From: Planctomycetota bacterium | GTDB lineage: Bacteria; Planctomycetota; PLA2; JAEUHO01 | Assembly (NCBI GenBank): GCA_050248855.1 | Contig: JBFWRP010000006.1 | Span: forward strand, 1-64,000 | Direction: 5' to 3' | DNA: 64,000 nucleotides | Shown here: in pieces, positions 63,984 to 64,000 of the stretch | How the letters are laid out: every line of letters begins with the position of its first letter | Numbering within the stretch: the stretch's first letter is position 1 | The notes under the pieces: model-generated | The model's input: the letters and a program-made list of their open reading frames with translations, nothing else | The model's database searches: none | What the model was told of the DNA's origin: nothing | Position numbers and translations under genes: made by a program

Positions 63984-64000
63984 GCAAGCGCTGGATCCAC
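63980..64000 (+). CDS. Start of next gene (partial), probably ActD by synteny
   Basis: ATGA overlap with the actC stop; only MSKRWIH visible. Confidence 0.4.

Overview
Very GC-rich bacterial chromosome segment (about 70% GC by eye). It is probably from a Planctomycetota lineage; this is inferred from a TPR/RNAP-alphaCTD protein, an ECF sigma factor with a large C-terminal extension and a PurS-PurL fusion. 1-23.5 kb: an RND efflux pair, a SelW/Rdx selenoprotein (CxxU plus SECIS) missing from the ORF track, a large sigma54-preceded surface lipoprotein, moxR, asnS, ruvA, murA, ffh, rpsP, an apparently catalytically dead Nth-fold protein with a histone-H1-like tail, maf, rpmE, prfA and prmC. 23.5-29 kb: a variable patch with an orphan antitoxin, a hypothetical gene and an ECF sigma fusion, interspersed with a multi-copy, modular, highly palindromic ~175-bp repeat. 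29-39 kb: VIT protein, GT2, purQ, purL, accA and two PDZ proteins. 39.4-64 kb: a nitrate-respiration/nitrosative-stress cluster with FmdE, a GMC dehydrogenase pair, ric with TetR, an NRT2/NarK-DoxX fusion and a Cys-PAS kinase with a sigma54 activator. It ends in one tightly packed operon, diheme cytochrome c-narGHJI-narK-actABC(D), joining nitrate reductase to an alternative complex III and running off the right edge. All calls come from motif recognition by eye; no searches were run.
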